From contig NW_018479870.1 of assembly GCF_002113885.1 (NCBI RefSeq), positions 4,911 to 68,910 of the forward strand: DNA of 64,000 nucleotides, written 5' to 3'. Below, piece by piece: positions 38,440-51,301 of this stretch. The first letter of the stretch is position 1; the number at the start of each line of letters is the position of its first letter. The stretch comes from Mizuhopecten yessoensis (Eukaryota). Under the pieces are notes generated by a model. It was not told the origin of the DNA. It ran no database searches and saw only the letters and a list, made by a program, of their open reading frames with translations. The position numbers and the translations under genes were made by a program.

Positions 38440-40806
38440 TATGACGCATTTGACCTTGAAAGTTGAACAATGACATTAAGTTGAACAGAGTTTATAGCCT
38501 TCCATCCCAGCATGCTTCTGGCCAAATATCATTACCCTGGACCTTTTGGCAATTCAGAACAAGTGATTTAAAGATTTTAAAATATTTGATCCCTGTGACA
38601 TTGAATATTGGCGAAGGCCATTCATTTGAACACACTTGGTTGCCTTTTATTCCTGCATGCTTCTGGCCAAATATCATCATCCTAGGTTTTTTGAATATTG
38701 AGAAGATATTTAAAGGTTTTAAACATATTTGACCTCTGTGACCTTTAATATATGTCAAGGTCATTCGTTTGAAAATACTTGGTAGCCCTTCATCCCAGCA
38801 TGCCAAATATCATAACCCTAGGCCTCATGGTTATTGAGAAGAAGTTATTTGAAGGTTTTAAATATATTTGGCCCCTGTGACCTTGAAAATGGGCAAAGGT
38901 CATTTGTTTACATAAACTTGGTAGGGCTTCATCCAAACATGCTACTGGCAAAATATCATCATCCTAGGCCTTTTTTTATTTAGAAGAAACATATTTGACC
39001 CCTGTGACCTTGATTACAAGCAAAGGTCATTCATTTGAACAAACTTGGTAGCCCTTCATCCCAGCATGTTATTGGCTATATATCGATATCCTAGTGCAAC
39101 GAAGTTGACACTCATATTTTCTCATAATGTTTTATGTTATACATATTTATGTAACACTATGGCACTTTACTTAAGTCAGTGAAATAATAACAAATCGTTT
39201 TTGTATATATTGTATGCTTACATTTAGTATTGATAGTGTGAGTAGAGTTAGATATGATAGGTCAGATTTACGAGTGTTTAGGTATTATACCACGGGGAAT
39301 GTTGAGTGGTAATTGTAAATTGCTATTTTGGAACAAAGTAAGTGCGCTGTGTCGCTTGGATGATATATTTAGTTGTATCGTTCATATAAACGTTGAAAAT
39401 TGTGTGTATTATAGCTGTAGTACTAGTTACCGTCATATCGACGAGTCTTGGTGAGAGTTCTGTAGTGTGATGAAGGCTGCCATTGTTGTACGACGAGTGA
39501 CAGTTGTTACGTATTTCCGGTTTTAGAGTTTCAATGTTCGAGTTCGATAAATAAACCCGATGTTTATTTACAGTTATTCGATTGGTTGTTAATTCTAGGA
39601 CCAAAATACGATGATTTGATTTGTTGTTGTTGTGCTTGAGAGAGAGTCTAAAAGAGCGAGCGTTTGTGTTTTCGTTAGACTCAGATTAAGACTTAAAGCA
39701 TTAGACAAAGGATTTACTCGGACATCGTTTATACTTTTTCGGCCTGTGGAACCTCAATTACCATTAATTACCCAGTCTCATAATTTCTTTACTTTCATTA
39801 AAAAAGCTTTATCAAAATATTATTGGTTACTTTGGCCATTTCATCTATATTTCATCTGTATTTTATTGTACTTGCGTGGATTACATTACCGGAATTACGT
39901 TACCGGAGACGTCAGTGTTGACGCCTAGGATCAGGTAAGTGTGTTGTTTGATGACTAGGCCTATATAAATATTTGTGTGATAAATATTGAGTATATCATA
40001 CTATATGTCATTTAATAAAATTAGTCTATGTGGTACACAAACCTGAGTTTAGTTAATACATTATGTTAGTTCTACAAAGTACGCTACCGGTGCTGTTTCA
40101 TGTCGAGCGTTACCAGCTGGCTTTTGCGAGTCGAGCATTACCAGCAGACTGTAAATATTGTGTAAGACCGCTGTTTTGCGCTACCAGCAAACAACTTAGT
40201 CCAGCAAGAACTAGACGGGTCCAATATTGAGTGAAGTGACCAGGCGGCCCCGTTACACTAGTCCTCTTGGTTTTACAGAAGTTGTTTAAAGGTTTAAAAC
40301 ATATTTAACCCCTGTGACCTTGAACATATGTCAAGGTCATTCGTTTGAACAAACTTGGTAGCTCTTCATTCCAGCATGTCTCTGGCCAATATAATTAATG
40401 CCTTTTTGTTATTGAGAACAAGTCATTTAAAGATTTAAAACAAATTTGACCCCTGTGATCTTGAAAATGGGTTTAGGTCAATTCATTTGAACAAACATGG
40501 TAGACCTTCATCCCAACATGTTACTCGCCAAATATTATCATCCTATGCCTTTTGGTTATTGAGAAAAAAGTCGTTTAAAGGTTTTCAACATATTTTACTC
40601 CTGTGACCTTGAACATATGTCAAGGTCATTTGTTTGAACAACTTGGTAGCTCTCATCCCAGCATGCTACTTGTCAAATATCATTATCCTCGGCCTTTTGG
40701 TTATTGAGAAGAAGTTGTTTAAAGTAAAATATTGACGCCGGACGGACGACGGACGCCGCGCCACGGCATAGGCTCATTTGTCCTTTGGGCAGGTGAATCA
40801 ATAAAA
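38440..40806 (-). mobile_element. HINE element (minus strand) with ~150-bp TGACCTTGA repeats, interrupted by a solo LTR
   Basis: GACGGACGACGGACGCC microsatellite and GGCTCA..AGGTGAATCAATAAAAA terminus at 40735-40806. Confidence 0.75.
39095..40257. mobile_element. Solo LTR (Gypsy-like), 1163 bp
   Basis: TG...CA ends (TGCAACG/CGTTACA) and a 4-bp TSD CTAG at 39091-39094 and 40258-40261, inside a HINE repeat unit whose other copies show an uninterrupted CCTAGG. Confidence 0.8.
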
Positions 40807-41465
40807 ACGTTTAATCAATTTACATTAGAGCAAATATGTTATTCAAGATCTTGGTACCAAATATAAGTATTTTGGTGGAAGGTTAGTACATTGTTTTTGT
40901 TTGTGGAAACGGATTACAGCGCATTTATATCCGCCCCAACATATGTTTTTTTAAAGGAGAGACAATTGACTACAGGGGATTAGCTAATGTAATGAACAGA
41001 CAGTTAAGATGCCGTCATAGCCTGTAAGTTTTTTTAAAAAGAAACAGTCAAGACATATAAAATTCATAAGACGGTTAGTCAAATTAGATTTTTATTCTAA
41101 TCAAGAATTTGAATTACTCACCTTCCTTCCTCAATAAGATAATTGCTTCAGCTATTATGAATTCTTGGTAAAAAGTGTTATTACAAGTATAGGGGTTTAT
41201 AGTGTTGGTATAATGTATGTCCGATCCGTTTTATAATGAATATATTCCAAATAATATGCTTTTAAACTCTAAAAGTGTTTTTTATATGTGTGAACATTTC
41301 AGTGTTTCCACTTTGAGCAATACGCGTTGTGGGCATTTATCGTACATTTCCGGCCAAATATCAAGTCTCTCCCTTTGCTCACTCAAAGCAACACAATGTG
41401 TAACAAAAAAAGTAATACAGTCTACAGGCGAAAAAAAACACAGCGCCAAAGCGAAAATATGGCGG

Positions 41466-41556
41466 GGACAGAGTGATAACACGAAAGTGTCATGAGTGAG
41501 AACACGACGGTAACAGGGAGAGAACACGACGGTAACATGGAGAGAACACGACGGTA
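41466..41556. repeat. 22-bp minisatellite, short array (about 4 units)
   Basis: GAGAACACGACGGTAACA units at the site paralogous to 15060 and 54160. Confidence 0.8.
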
Positions 41557-41603
41557 GCAGTTTCACAAGATGTTTTTTTTTTTAAAACAAATACATATTT
41601 GTT

Positions 41604-41669
41604 CATACTCTGTCACTGTCTTGTAAAATGGCTTTGGTAAGCCATTTTACAAGACAGTGACAGAGTGTG
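41604..41669. repeat. 66-bp hairpin within a small insertion
   Basis: CATACTCTGTCACTGTCTTGTAAAATGGCT-loop-AGCCATTTTACAAGACAGTGACAGAGTGTG. Confidence 0.85.
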
Positions 41670-42141
41670 ATGGTACACACGCACGCGAAGTTTGATCTTA
41701 CCTGTGCAACTATGAACAAATATATGTTCATTTTCGAAAAACAATTCCTATGTACAGTGTGTCACGTAAGGCTTAGTTTATTGTGTGGCTGAGGTAACGT
41801 GCTGATAAGTTGAATGTCTAAGTATTATATCACGTGGTGAAGTGCATTGCTTGCCGATAGCTAGTATCAAATAGGCTAACTAGTGGAAACAAAATCGAAA
41901 TCTTTATTGTTAGGTGTAAATCGCCATCAAATTGAAAATTAAACTAGCTGCGATGTGTAGAGTCTGCTAAAAAGTAGCCGTTGCTAAAATAAATACTAAA
42001 AGGGGGGAAAGTTGCTGTTGGGGGGGGGGGGGGGGGGTAGCTTGGAAAGAAAAGTATGACCTCACTTCTACCTTACTGTTAGTTTTGCATTTCTTTTGTT
42101 TTGGTAAATCAAATTATTATTTAGTCCTATGTCATAAATAA

Positions 42142-42257
42142 CACAGGGACCTGATTTTTTTTACAGGTATATTTGGGCCTAAACTAAGATGTTCAGAGAA
42201 ATTTTACATTGTTTAGATCGACTTTCGGTAAAAAGACAAATTCTCAGGTCCCTGTGA
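42142..42257. mobile_element. Internally deleted CACAGGG foldback MITE
   Basis: CACAGGGACCTGA...TCAGGTCCCTGTG flanked by ATAAATAA on both sides. Confidence 0.8.
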
Positions 42258-42365
42258 TAAATAAATGCTCAGTCGACAGGTCGAGTCACTGTATTTCTTG
42301 GGCACGGTATTTTGTATGACACCGGAAAACGAACCAGACACGTGCTGTTTAGAAGTCTAATAAAA

Positions 42366-43859
42366 ATGGAGTGTGTTTACCACAAAGATGAGACTGTCAT
42401 AATGGTATGTACTCACTGTGACAAATATCCATTTGTGTGTGCTATTTGTGTGGAGGAAGATCATGCAGACGCAGACTTGCGTCATTGAGATCTGCCGCGC
42501 AGTCAATCCGACAAGATTTGCATTTGGAGCAGGCACAGTCAAACAATTTACATGTGTTTGAGGAAATCAAGTCTGGACCTGGACAATCTCGCCAAAATCA
42601 GAGAGAATCTACAACAGGGAGAACATCTCGTGGAAAATCAAATGGTGAAACGTCACAATATTATGAAAAGTGAAGTCGACACTGTGAAAAATGAAGTGCA
42701 TTATAAACATAAAATGGAGCTTGGTAAGAGCAGAACAAGCTCTGAAGCAACAGTTTTCCCAGATTGCCACATTCCAGAGGAAGGTGGTTCAGCTTAAAAA
42801 CATGAACGAGTATGTAGACATGATCGTAACAGGCAGAAATGTGGAGGTCCCACGAAGCAGACGCATCCCCAGGCTGGACATACACGCCCTGGTATTCCTC
42901 CCCGGGGCTGTCAGGGACGGAGAACTTGAAATAATGTTTGGGAGTATTAAAGGGGCATCTGATCGTGCCAATAACAATGAGAATAAAAGGGACAAGTCAT
43001 CCGACTTTTTTGGTTTGATCGAAAGGAAATCAAAAATCAAAGTTACGCCAGTTACATCATTTAAACTTTCAAAACATGTTGGTGTAGATAATATGTTTTG
43101 TCCTAAATCAAAAGTTCGCTGGCTAAATGCCAGGATAAAAACAGTGTTAAACTTTCCATCAGGTCTGGAGAAATTAAACAAGCCATTAACCTGGGAACTA
43201 GGTAGGATGGATTTACTGTAAGTGCATGCAGATAATAAGCTTCTGTTCTGTTGTAAACTTCATAAATGTATCAAGGAGATTGCTCTACCAAATGGTGAGA
43301 TTACAGAGAAGTTCAGCACTTGTCCTCTCACACCAAACCGTATATGTACAGATCCATCTGGGGACATATATGTAAAACTATGCGACGAAGATGACTATGA
43401 AGTTACAGACGACAGTACCCGTATGTTGGTCCGATTCGACCGGTGGGGGGAAGAGGCGGCTCGTTGTCAGGCTGATGGATATAGAGGAAGCCTCTTTGTT
43501 GTACCAGAGGACGTCTGTGTGCCCGAGTAGTGGTCATTAACCGTAAAAGTGACATACGCCGAGAACTAGTTGTTCTCGACGAAGACCTATCGCCTGTGTT
43601 AATCTATACAGGACCCAGGGTGTTGACTGGGGACTCCCTGGCAGGGTATAGTCTCTATGGTGCGGTATATGATACGAGAGACAATATTTTGGTTGCTGAA
43701 TGTTAAAGCAAAACTGTGCAGTTACTGAGTCCATCTTGCGAGCCATTGAAAGTCCTGCTCACCATTAACACTACACCATGGGCCATGACTATACAGGGAA
43801 ATGAGGTTTGGATTGGAGATGAGAAAGGAAAAGTACAGATCTTCAGGTATTCTTACTAA
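42366..43859 (+). pseudogene. TRIM-like copy 9 (copy 11 type) with multiple frameshifts and stops
   Basis: Fragmented ORFs at 42437, 42552, 42691 and 43222. Ends ..FRYSY-TAA. Confidence 0.9.
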
Positions 43860-44707
43860 AAGGTAAGTTAACGTTAGGAAAGGTAAAAATACAAAGGCCA
43901 GACTGGAATTCGAACCAAGGACCTATAAAGTCTACTCTAGACAGACACTTAAGCCAATTGAGCTACGTGGTCACCGGTGTAATGTTTAAATTGACCCCAG
44001 TTAAATTGAAAGTGAAACTTAGTCAGTTTTCAGTGTTAAAAAATGAATTAAGGAGCTATGGAAAAAGGAACGGTTCAATCTAAATAAAAAGCTTTTTTTT
44101 ATTAACTCAATGAAAATGAAGCCAATCCAAAAGTGAACCATATGGAAATATGCATTATATACCATTGTCATTTAATGAAGCCACATGACCTTATTTCTCC
44201 AAATTTGACCTTTTCAAAAACAAGTTGTCCTTGAGTTCAGCAGTTAAACTCAGATAAAATAACATTAAAATGACCTACTTTTTCAAATTTTGACATACAT
44301 TTAATATCAAAAATGGTAATCAGGATCAGAAATTTTAACATTGAATTGTTGTTTGACAAAATAAGGTCACTGTCACCTAAGTTTTAAAGCTTGGCCAGCA
44401 TTAACATTATCATAAATGATGATCGATAACATAGATCAAATTTTGGAAAATAGGTCACAGTGATCTTTAATTCAGAAAACTGCAGGGTAAATATTGAAAG
44501 CAGGTCATAGCACTTGACACAATTTGGTGAACTGAGTTTTGACCCTAATGACAATTTTTAACAATGTAGGTCAATTTTAATAAGTAGGTTAAATTGACCT
44601 ATTCTGGTCAAAAACAACAGTTCTATGTTAATTGCTGATTCGGTTACAAATCTTAATAATGTAGCTGACTAAGCTGAGGTTTGGAAAAGTAGGTGACAGT
44701 GACAGTA

Positions 44708-44986
44708 TTAACCAATTGAGCTACCTGGTCGCTAGTACTAATATTAATACCCGGGACATCACGCTCTAACCAATTGAGCTACCTGGTCGCTCGTACTAAT
44801 ATTAATACCCGGGATATCACGCTCTAACCAATTGAGCTAAATGGTCGCTAGTACTAATATTAATACCCGGGATATCACGCTCTAACCAATTGAGTTACCT
44901 GGTAGCTAGTACTAATATTAATACCCGGGATATCACGCTCTAACCAATTGTGCTACCTGTTCGCTAGTACTAATATTAATACCCGG
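44708..44986. repeat. 58-bp tandem repeat, about 5 copies, derived from a SINE/tRNA A-box segment
   Basis: CTCTAACCAATTGAGCTACCTGGTCGCTAGTACTAATATTAATACCCGGGATATCACG. Single copy at the paralogous site near 61815-61872. Confidence 0.9.
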
Positions 44987-47639
44987 CCTCCTCTTCTGAC
45001 GACGCAATATATAAAATAAATCTCTCGTCGTCAGGAAGCTATGTTATCGCAGCTACCTGATCGCCAGCGATCAACCACCAATCCAATGACCCAACAGATC
45101 TTAATGCATTATTTTTTCAAAGAAGTGATATAATGAAATATTTCTTACTTTTCAAAATTTATTCTTGTATGGAGCTTGAATTTATATAACTGTCCTTTCA
45201 TTGATGATGATGTTTTTCATGGCCATGTAATTTTTACAGATTCACACAGCTGGCTCTAGACTGAATAATAATTCTCTGACAGCTTCCAGAAACCAATTTT
45301 CGTCAGGATGTCAACTACACATGTTGTATTTTGGTTTTAAATAGTGACACATTGTCATCCCCTCAAAAAGTACAGTAACTGCGCAGTGATATATTAATGC
45401 ATTATTGTAAGTGGGAAATGGAGTTGTGACTTTGACCCATTTTCTATACAAATTTCCATTGTCAACCTAGTTAAAATAGTGTTAATTGTGTTTTGATTAG
45501 GTAAAGAAAGAAAAAATGTAGGTGTCGGGAAACAAGAGTGAAGAAAAAAATGAGGTCTGTCGGATTTGTTTTAGCTATATTTTAAGGAATAACAAAATTC
45601 ACCAAACATATCTTTTAAGTATTTTAAATAATAATTTGGTAATTGAATTGGGTTTTGATATATATATGCCTATGAAGTAGAGGGAGTACATATATATATA
45701 TGTATATATAAAATACAGTTGTTGTTTGTCCATCAATTTGTTTGCATCTGGTGGACAAGTTATCTATTTGAATGTGAAAAAGGACAGACTTAAATTGGAC
45801 TTGAATTGAGTATGTTGAAAAGGACGACCAAGTTTTTGGGTTTGTGGGAAAGAGAGGTTAGTTATTTTAGTCTTTGGGAAAGGTAAATGGTCCAATGTTC
45901 AGTCATGTGGGAAAGGAAAAGATCAGATCATTGGTCATGTGGGAAAGTATGATTATCTTTGGCTGGGAGATCAATACATCATTGTGTGACATCATTGTGT
46001 ATGAAGAAGGACCACCTTAAATCAGAGTATTAGTGATTAACTTCTACACACTGTTAAATAGACATATTTAAGTCACCTACCCAGAGGGCAAGTAAGCTTA
46101 TGCAGTGGTGCAGTTTTCGTTATCCTTCTGTCATATTTGCATTTTAAAGGCAACTAGTTTACAAAACCAAAACAGGTTCGAAGAGATTTAGGATGGAGCA
46201 TCTCTCAACTAAGGAGATTTAGGATTATATAAACATTTAGTGTATGGCTATATTGTGAAGGACTAATAATATATAAGGTCCCAGTATCAACATTTACACA
46301 ATGTCTAGTGATTAACTACTAGTAAGTGGCCTTTGCTAATGATGCTTGGCATGTTTAATGCTGGAACGAAAGGCTATTAAATTTGCTCAAATGAATTACC
46401 TTGATCCTAATTTCAAGGTCACAGTGGTCAAATGTGTTTAAATATTTTAACAAATTATTCTAAATTTCAATACATGTATAGTGATAAGCCCAATAGCTAA
46501 AAGATATACTTGTTATGGGTTTTCAAAATGTAGGGAGATCCCAAGGTATAGCATGAGTCATAGGGACTCTAATATGTGAGGGCTAAGATATTAACAGGTA
46601 GTAAAATGATCAAAAGGATTTTTCTGAATTACAAAAAGGATAATGATATATTAAGGCATGTGCATCAAGAACAATACACGGGTATATCATATGTCAACCC
46701 TTGCTTTTTTTAGCCAACCATCTTAAGACGGTTTGCTTTTTTTCGCATCTTGACCATGGTCTAATCAACATTATTCCTCAAAATGTATTGTACAGTTACT
46801 TCTCGGATTTTATACACACCGAAATTTCTCAGATTTTGTACAGGTTTTCCATTGGGCCTAGTTTTTTTGTATACGTTTTCCTTTTATCGTAGTAATGCAA
46901 CATCACGTTTGTTAATATGTAGAACAATAGAACCACCGGGCTGCCATCTTTGATTTCATGGTCAAAGAAGTACAGGCCAGGATCTTTCTCATATTTTATA
47001 CAAAGGGTCCCATGGGTCCTAGTAGTTTAACAGTAACTTAACTTGCAGGTATGAAGGAAACTATTGCTGCAAGGCTCCAATCATTGATTACGGTGTCAAA
47101 GTTTGTTGCTGCTAATTCTCAGAAAGTATTGAACACGTGTCTTTTTTTAAATGCAGTACACATTCTTCCCTAGGGTCCTATAGTTTAGCAACATCACATT
47201 TGTTTGTGAATAGGAAAACCAATTTTGCCACCAGGCAGCCTTTCTCGAAGTTTATACACAGGCTTCCCTTTGGTTCCAGTTATGCAATGTCACTTTGGTG
47301 CTTGGTCAAGATCAAGGGTCACATCATCAGGTTGAAATATAGGAACTAGTTTTTCAGCCAAGATCAAAATCCACCAAGGGAAATAACTCTTTTTATCAGA
47401 TCAATATGCCTGATGCACAGCAACATCTGATATTGATAAACCCTACCTGATCGGGTGGTTGTTAAGACACCATGCATATCAATATGTTGTAAACACTGCC
47501 ATCCGCTTCAATGGCCATCCATCATCAAGATCAGTGTTAACCTGTGTTAACTTTTGCATACTGTACTCTCCGTTAACAATGAAGATATCGTTGTCAAAAT
47601 ACCGTTATCAATATTAACTCCTGGGCTTCCTTAAGTCAA

Positions 47640-48660
47640 ACTTAACCATCATACAGTGCTTCCTTATTAAGAGTGAATTTAGGATTACTTTTCAGGTCAA
47701 ATATCATAGTCAAGGTAATTCTTTCTAAATGTATCGAGTTTCCATGCACCTATTAAACGCAAACATGATTAACTTCTTAATTTCTTTCAGAAAATGCTAA
47801 CTCACTGCTACTTTTCAGGTCAAATGTCGGGATTGTTGTTTCAAAAATTAGAAAAAAACTTTCACAAGTTTCTATTGGCCTATAAAACATAAAACACAAA
47901 TGCTGCTTCCGTACTGTATTTGTTCGGTATCGCCTTTCAGGTCGGAAGGTCAAATGACATGGTTAATGTAACCATAAACAGAATTTCGTTCTTTTCAAGA
48001 ACTTGAAACGAAGAAACTAAAACTTCATACATAGTGTCCTTGAGGAAAGCACTTTGTTGGATTGCTTTTCTGTTCTGAATGTCAAAGGTCAAGATCGTTG
48101 TTATTATATATATCGAATATTACTTTCTGCACAGAAACCCGAGTTCCTAAGTGCCCCCACAACTGAACATGATACAGTTCTTCTCTACTAAATGGGCTTG
48201 ATTGGTAAAGGTTTTGTAAGTTCCAAGTTCAAAGGTAAAGATTACGAATGACTCGATATCTCATTGGTCCATATCACTCGAAGGACATACATTTATTTCT
48301 GATGGAAAGTGCATGCATGGGATTGCTTTTCAGATCTAAATCTTATAAAGGTCATTGCCAATAGTACTTTAAACATAATATAGATTTCCACACAATCACT
48401 CAGGTTCCTGATGGACTGTAACACTCAAACTTCCTTCACTACTCAACACCACACATGCTTGCTTTGTATTGTTTTCTAGATATGAATGTCAGTGTCGAAG
48501 TCATTATTACGGTGAGTAAAATATTAGTTTTTTCATGTACATATAGCTTAAATAAGCCGTTAAGAGTTAAACTTCATACACTGCTTCCTTAATAGAAATA
48601 CGTATTTATGATTGAGATTTCAGACTCGAAGGTCAAATTTAAGGTCAGTGTTGCTAATAC
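47640..48660. repeat. Old degenerate ~120-bp tandem repeat (TTTCAGGTCAAA..GGTCAAGGTC), probably a relic of HINE central repeats
   Basis: The motif recurs near 47692, 47814 and 47936, and more weakly beyond. Confidence 0.45.
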
Positions 48661-49656
48661 CTCCTTATCAAGAATAAAACCATGTCATCATTTGACTAAG
48701 ACACTAACCGGTTGGATTTGTATTGCTCAGCAATAACTACAATGTATAATATTTCAATCTTCAATATATATATGAATTCAAAATTTCCTTTTTTTCCTGT
48801 ACTTCTTTCTACCGATTATTTCCAAGCAATGAATATATCTTCACCGTGATCATTTGTATGAAATAGAAAATATTAAATGAATGGGATTCTTGAGTTGGTG
48901 TAACTTGCATCCAATGCATTTTGTACGATATTGCAAATAAAACATGCTCAAACTCTAACAAGGATTTTCCATGTGTGGTCAATTTAGTGTTCAACTTCAA
49001 ACTAATGGAGTCTTGTTATATGGGTTTTTTGTAAAACTAACTTCATGTGTAAAACCATACATAACAAAAGATTCAATGTTCTGTGGAACTTGACTAATTA
49101 TACAGTGGTTTACAATTTTAAACGTCCATTGACTATTGTAAAAGGAATACATTGGATATAGCAAAAACAAGTTTTAATTGTGTTAAAACTCTATTTATAG
49201 CAACCTATCAATAGCATGGTAAGCGGTGTAATAAAATACAGCCTGACGCGTATACACGCGTATTTTAAACGATAAGCGTAGGCTTATTTTGAGTAAACAA
49301 CTTCGATACCATGGAGTGTCGACACATACAGGTGAGAACAGTGATTCATGCAAATCATATATAAACTGTGTGTGAAATATAGGCTACACATACTTGAAGT
49401 GTGTTTATAAAACCAAAACCACTGTTCTAGTAAATAACACTTACTTTCTTATCAGTTATTTCTTATCAATAACGTGACTGATGACGTAACAAAAGTATAC
49501 CGATAGGAACATATCTCAACAAAAACATCATTTTGAGCTGAGGACATATATTTATAGCAACCTATCAATAGCGTGGTTAGCGACGTAATTCAATACAGCC
49601 TGGCGCGTATACATGGAATACTGTAAACGATAAACGTAATAAACAGCTTTAATACC

Positions 49657-51210
49657 ATGGAGTGTGCCACACATACAGGTGAGAAAGTCTTCATGGTGTG
49701 CAAATCATGTGACAGGATCCCCTTTGTCTGTGGAGTTTGCATTGAAGAGGAGCATGCAGAGCACAAACTACAGACATTGAGGAACGCCGCTCAGTCTATC
49801 CGGCAGAATCTGGAACAGGTAGAAACCGAGAATGGTCAGGTGTTTAAAGAGATCAAATCGGATCTAGATGGTCTCACCGAAATCAGAGAGGATCTGAAAC
49901 AGGATGCTTCTAACATAGATGATGAGATAGCGAAACGTGCTGATATTATCAGAAGCAAAATCGACGAAGTCAACACGGAAGTAATACAGAAACACAAAAC
50001 GGAAGTCGGTAAGAACGCGGAGTCCATTGACAGAACGGAGGAAACTCTGAAACAACAGTTGTCCCAAATAGGCACGTTCAAGACGAAGGTAGCTCAGCTA
50101 CAAAAGATGAACGACTACGTAGACGTTATTAAGTTGGGAAGGGATGTGGAGGTGCCGGATACCAACCGCGTCCCCAGACCGGACATACAAGTCCGAACAT
50201 GCATTCCCGGGGGTATCAGGGAGGGAGAACTGAAACGATTGTATGCAGATATTAAAGGGGCATTTGATAACGGTAACAATGACGCTACTACGGTCACAGG
50301 TGATGATAGGGCAGAGAGGAATGACGATAAAACCAACATGTCTGACTTTGTTGGCTCAATTAAAAGAGAAGCATTCATCAAAGTAACACCAATTGCATCT
50401 TTTAATCACTCTAAACATGATGGTATAGATGCTATGTTTTGTCCTGGATCAGGAACTGGCTTGTTTAAATTTGAGGGTAAAAACAGTGTCAAACTTTGCA
50501 ACAGATCCGGAAATATTAAAGCAGCTATCAATCTAGGAACTAAGACTGAAGGATTTACTGTCACTTCAGATAACAGGCTACTATTCTGTTGTACAAGTCA
50601 GCAATGTATCAAGGAGATGGAGCGGCCTAATGGCGATATTACAGAGACGTTCAGCACTAGTCCACTGACACCTAGCTATATATGTACAGGTCCGTCTGGG
50701 GACATATATGTGACAATGTACGACGAGCATGATTATGACGTAACAGACGACAGTACCCGTGTGTTGGTCCGGTACGACAGTCAGGGGCGCAACAAAACCC
50801 AGTGTCAGGTTGATGGTAATGGTAGAAACATCTTTGTTGTACCATGTAAAGTCTGTGTGAACAGAAGTGGCACCCAAATAGCGGTTATTAACCACGTAAA
50901 TGAAAGACGCAGTGAACTAGTTGTACTTGACAAGTACCTATCTCCTATATTGATTTATACAGGACCCAGCGTGTTGACCGGGGACGCCCTAGCAGGGTAT
51001 ATTCTCTATGGTGTTGTATTTGACACAAGAGACAATATTTGGGTAGCTGAATGTTACAGCAAAACTGTGCAGTTACTGAGTCCAACCGGCGAGCCACTTC
51101 AGGTCCTGTTGACCATGGAAACTTCACCATGGTCCTTGTCCATGCACCGGGATGAGGTTTGGGTCGGGGATGGCGAGGGAAAAGTACAGATCTTCAGGTA
51201 TTCTTACTAA
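49657..51210 (+). CDS. RING-less TRIM-like B-box/coiled-coil/beta-propeller protein, copy 10, intact, 517 aa
   Basis: Full ORF with B-box and propeller motifs and an acidic linker insertion (DNGNNDATTVTGDDRAERNDD). Confidence 0.9.
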   Translation: MECATHTGEKVFMVCKSCDRIPFVCGVCIEEEHAEHKLQTLRNAAQSIRQNLEQVETENGQVFKEIKSDLDGLTEIREDLKQDASNIDDEIAKRADIIRSKIDEVNTEVIQKHKTEVGKNAESIDRTEETLKQQLSQIGTFKTKVAQLQKMNDYVDVIKLGRDVEVPDTNRVPRPDIQVRTCIPGGIREGELKRLYADIKGAFDNGNNDATTVTGDDRAERNDDKTNMSDFVGSIKREAFIKVTPIASFNHSKHDGIDAMFCPGSGTGLFKFEGKNSVKLCNRSGNIKAAINLGTKTEGFTVTSDNRLLFCCTSQQCIKEMERPNGDITETFSTSPLTPSYICTGPSGDIYVTMYDEHDYDVTDDSTRVLVRYDSQGRNKTQCQVDGNGRNIFVVPCKVCVNRSGTQIAVINHVNERRSELVVLDKYLSPILIYTGPSVLTGDALAGYILYGVVFDTRDNIWVAECYSKTVQLLSPTGEPLQVLLTMETSPWSLSMHRDEVWVGDGEGKVQIFRYSY

Positions 51211-51301
51211 GGTATGTAAACGCTACAGCTTGATCGAAAATATATTACCAAATTGTATAGTCATAATTGACGATGTAAATATATCTTTGATATGGTTCAC
51301 C

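Noticed and set aside
44708-44986. CRISPR-like appearance of this repeat and of the AACGTT repeats at 29350-29770
   Set aside because: The context is eukaryotic, the units are contiguous or degenerate without unique spacers, and there are no cas genes.
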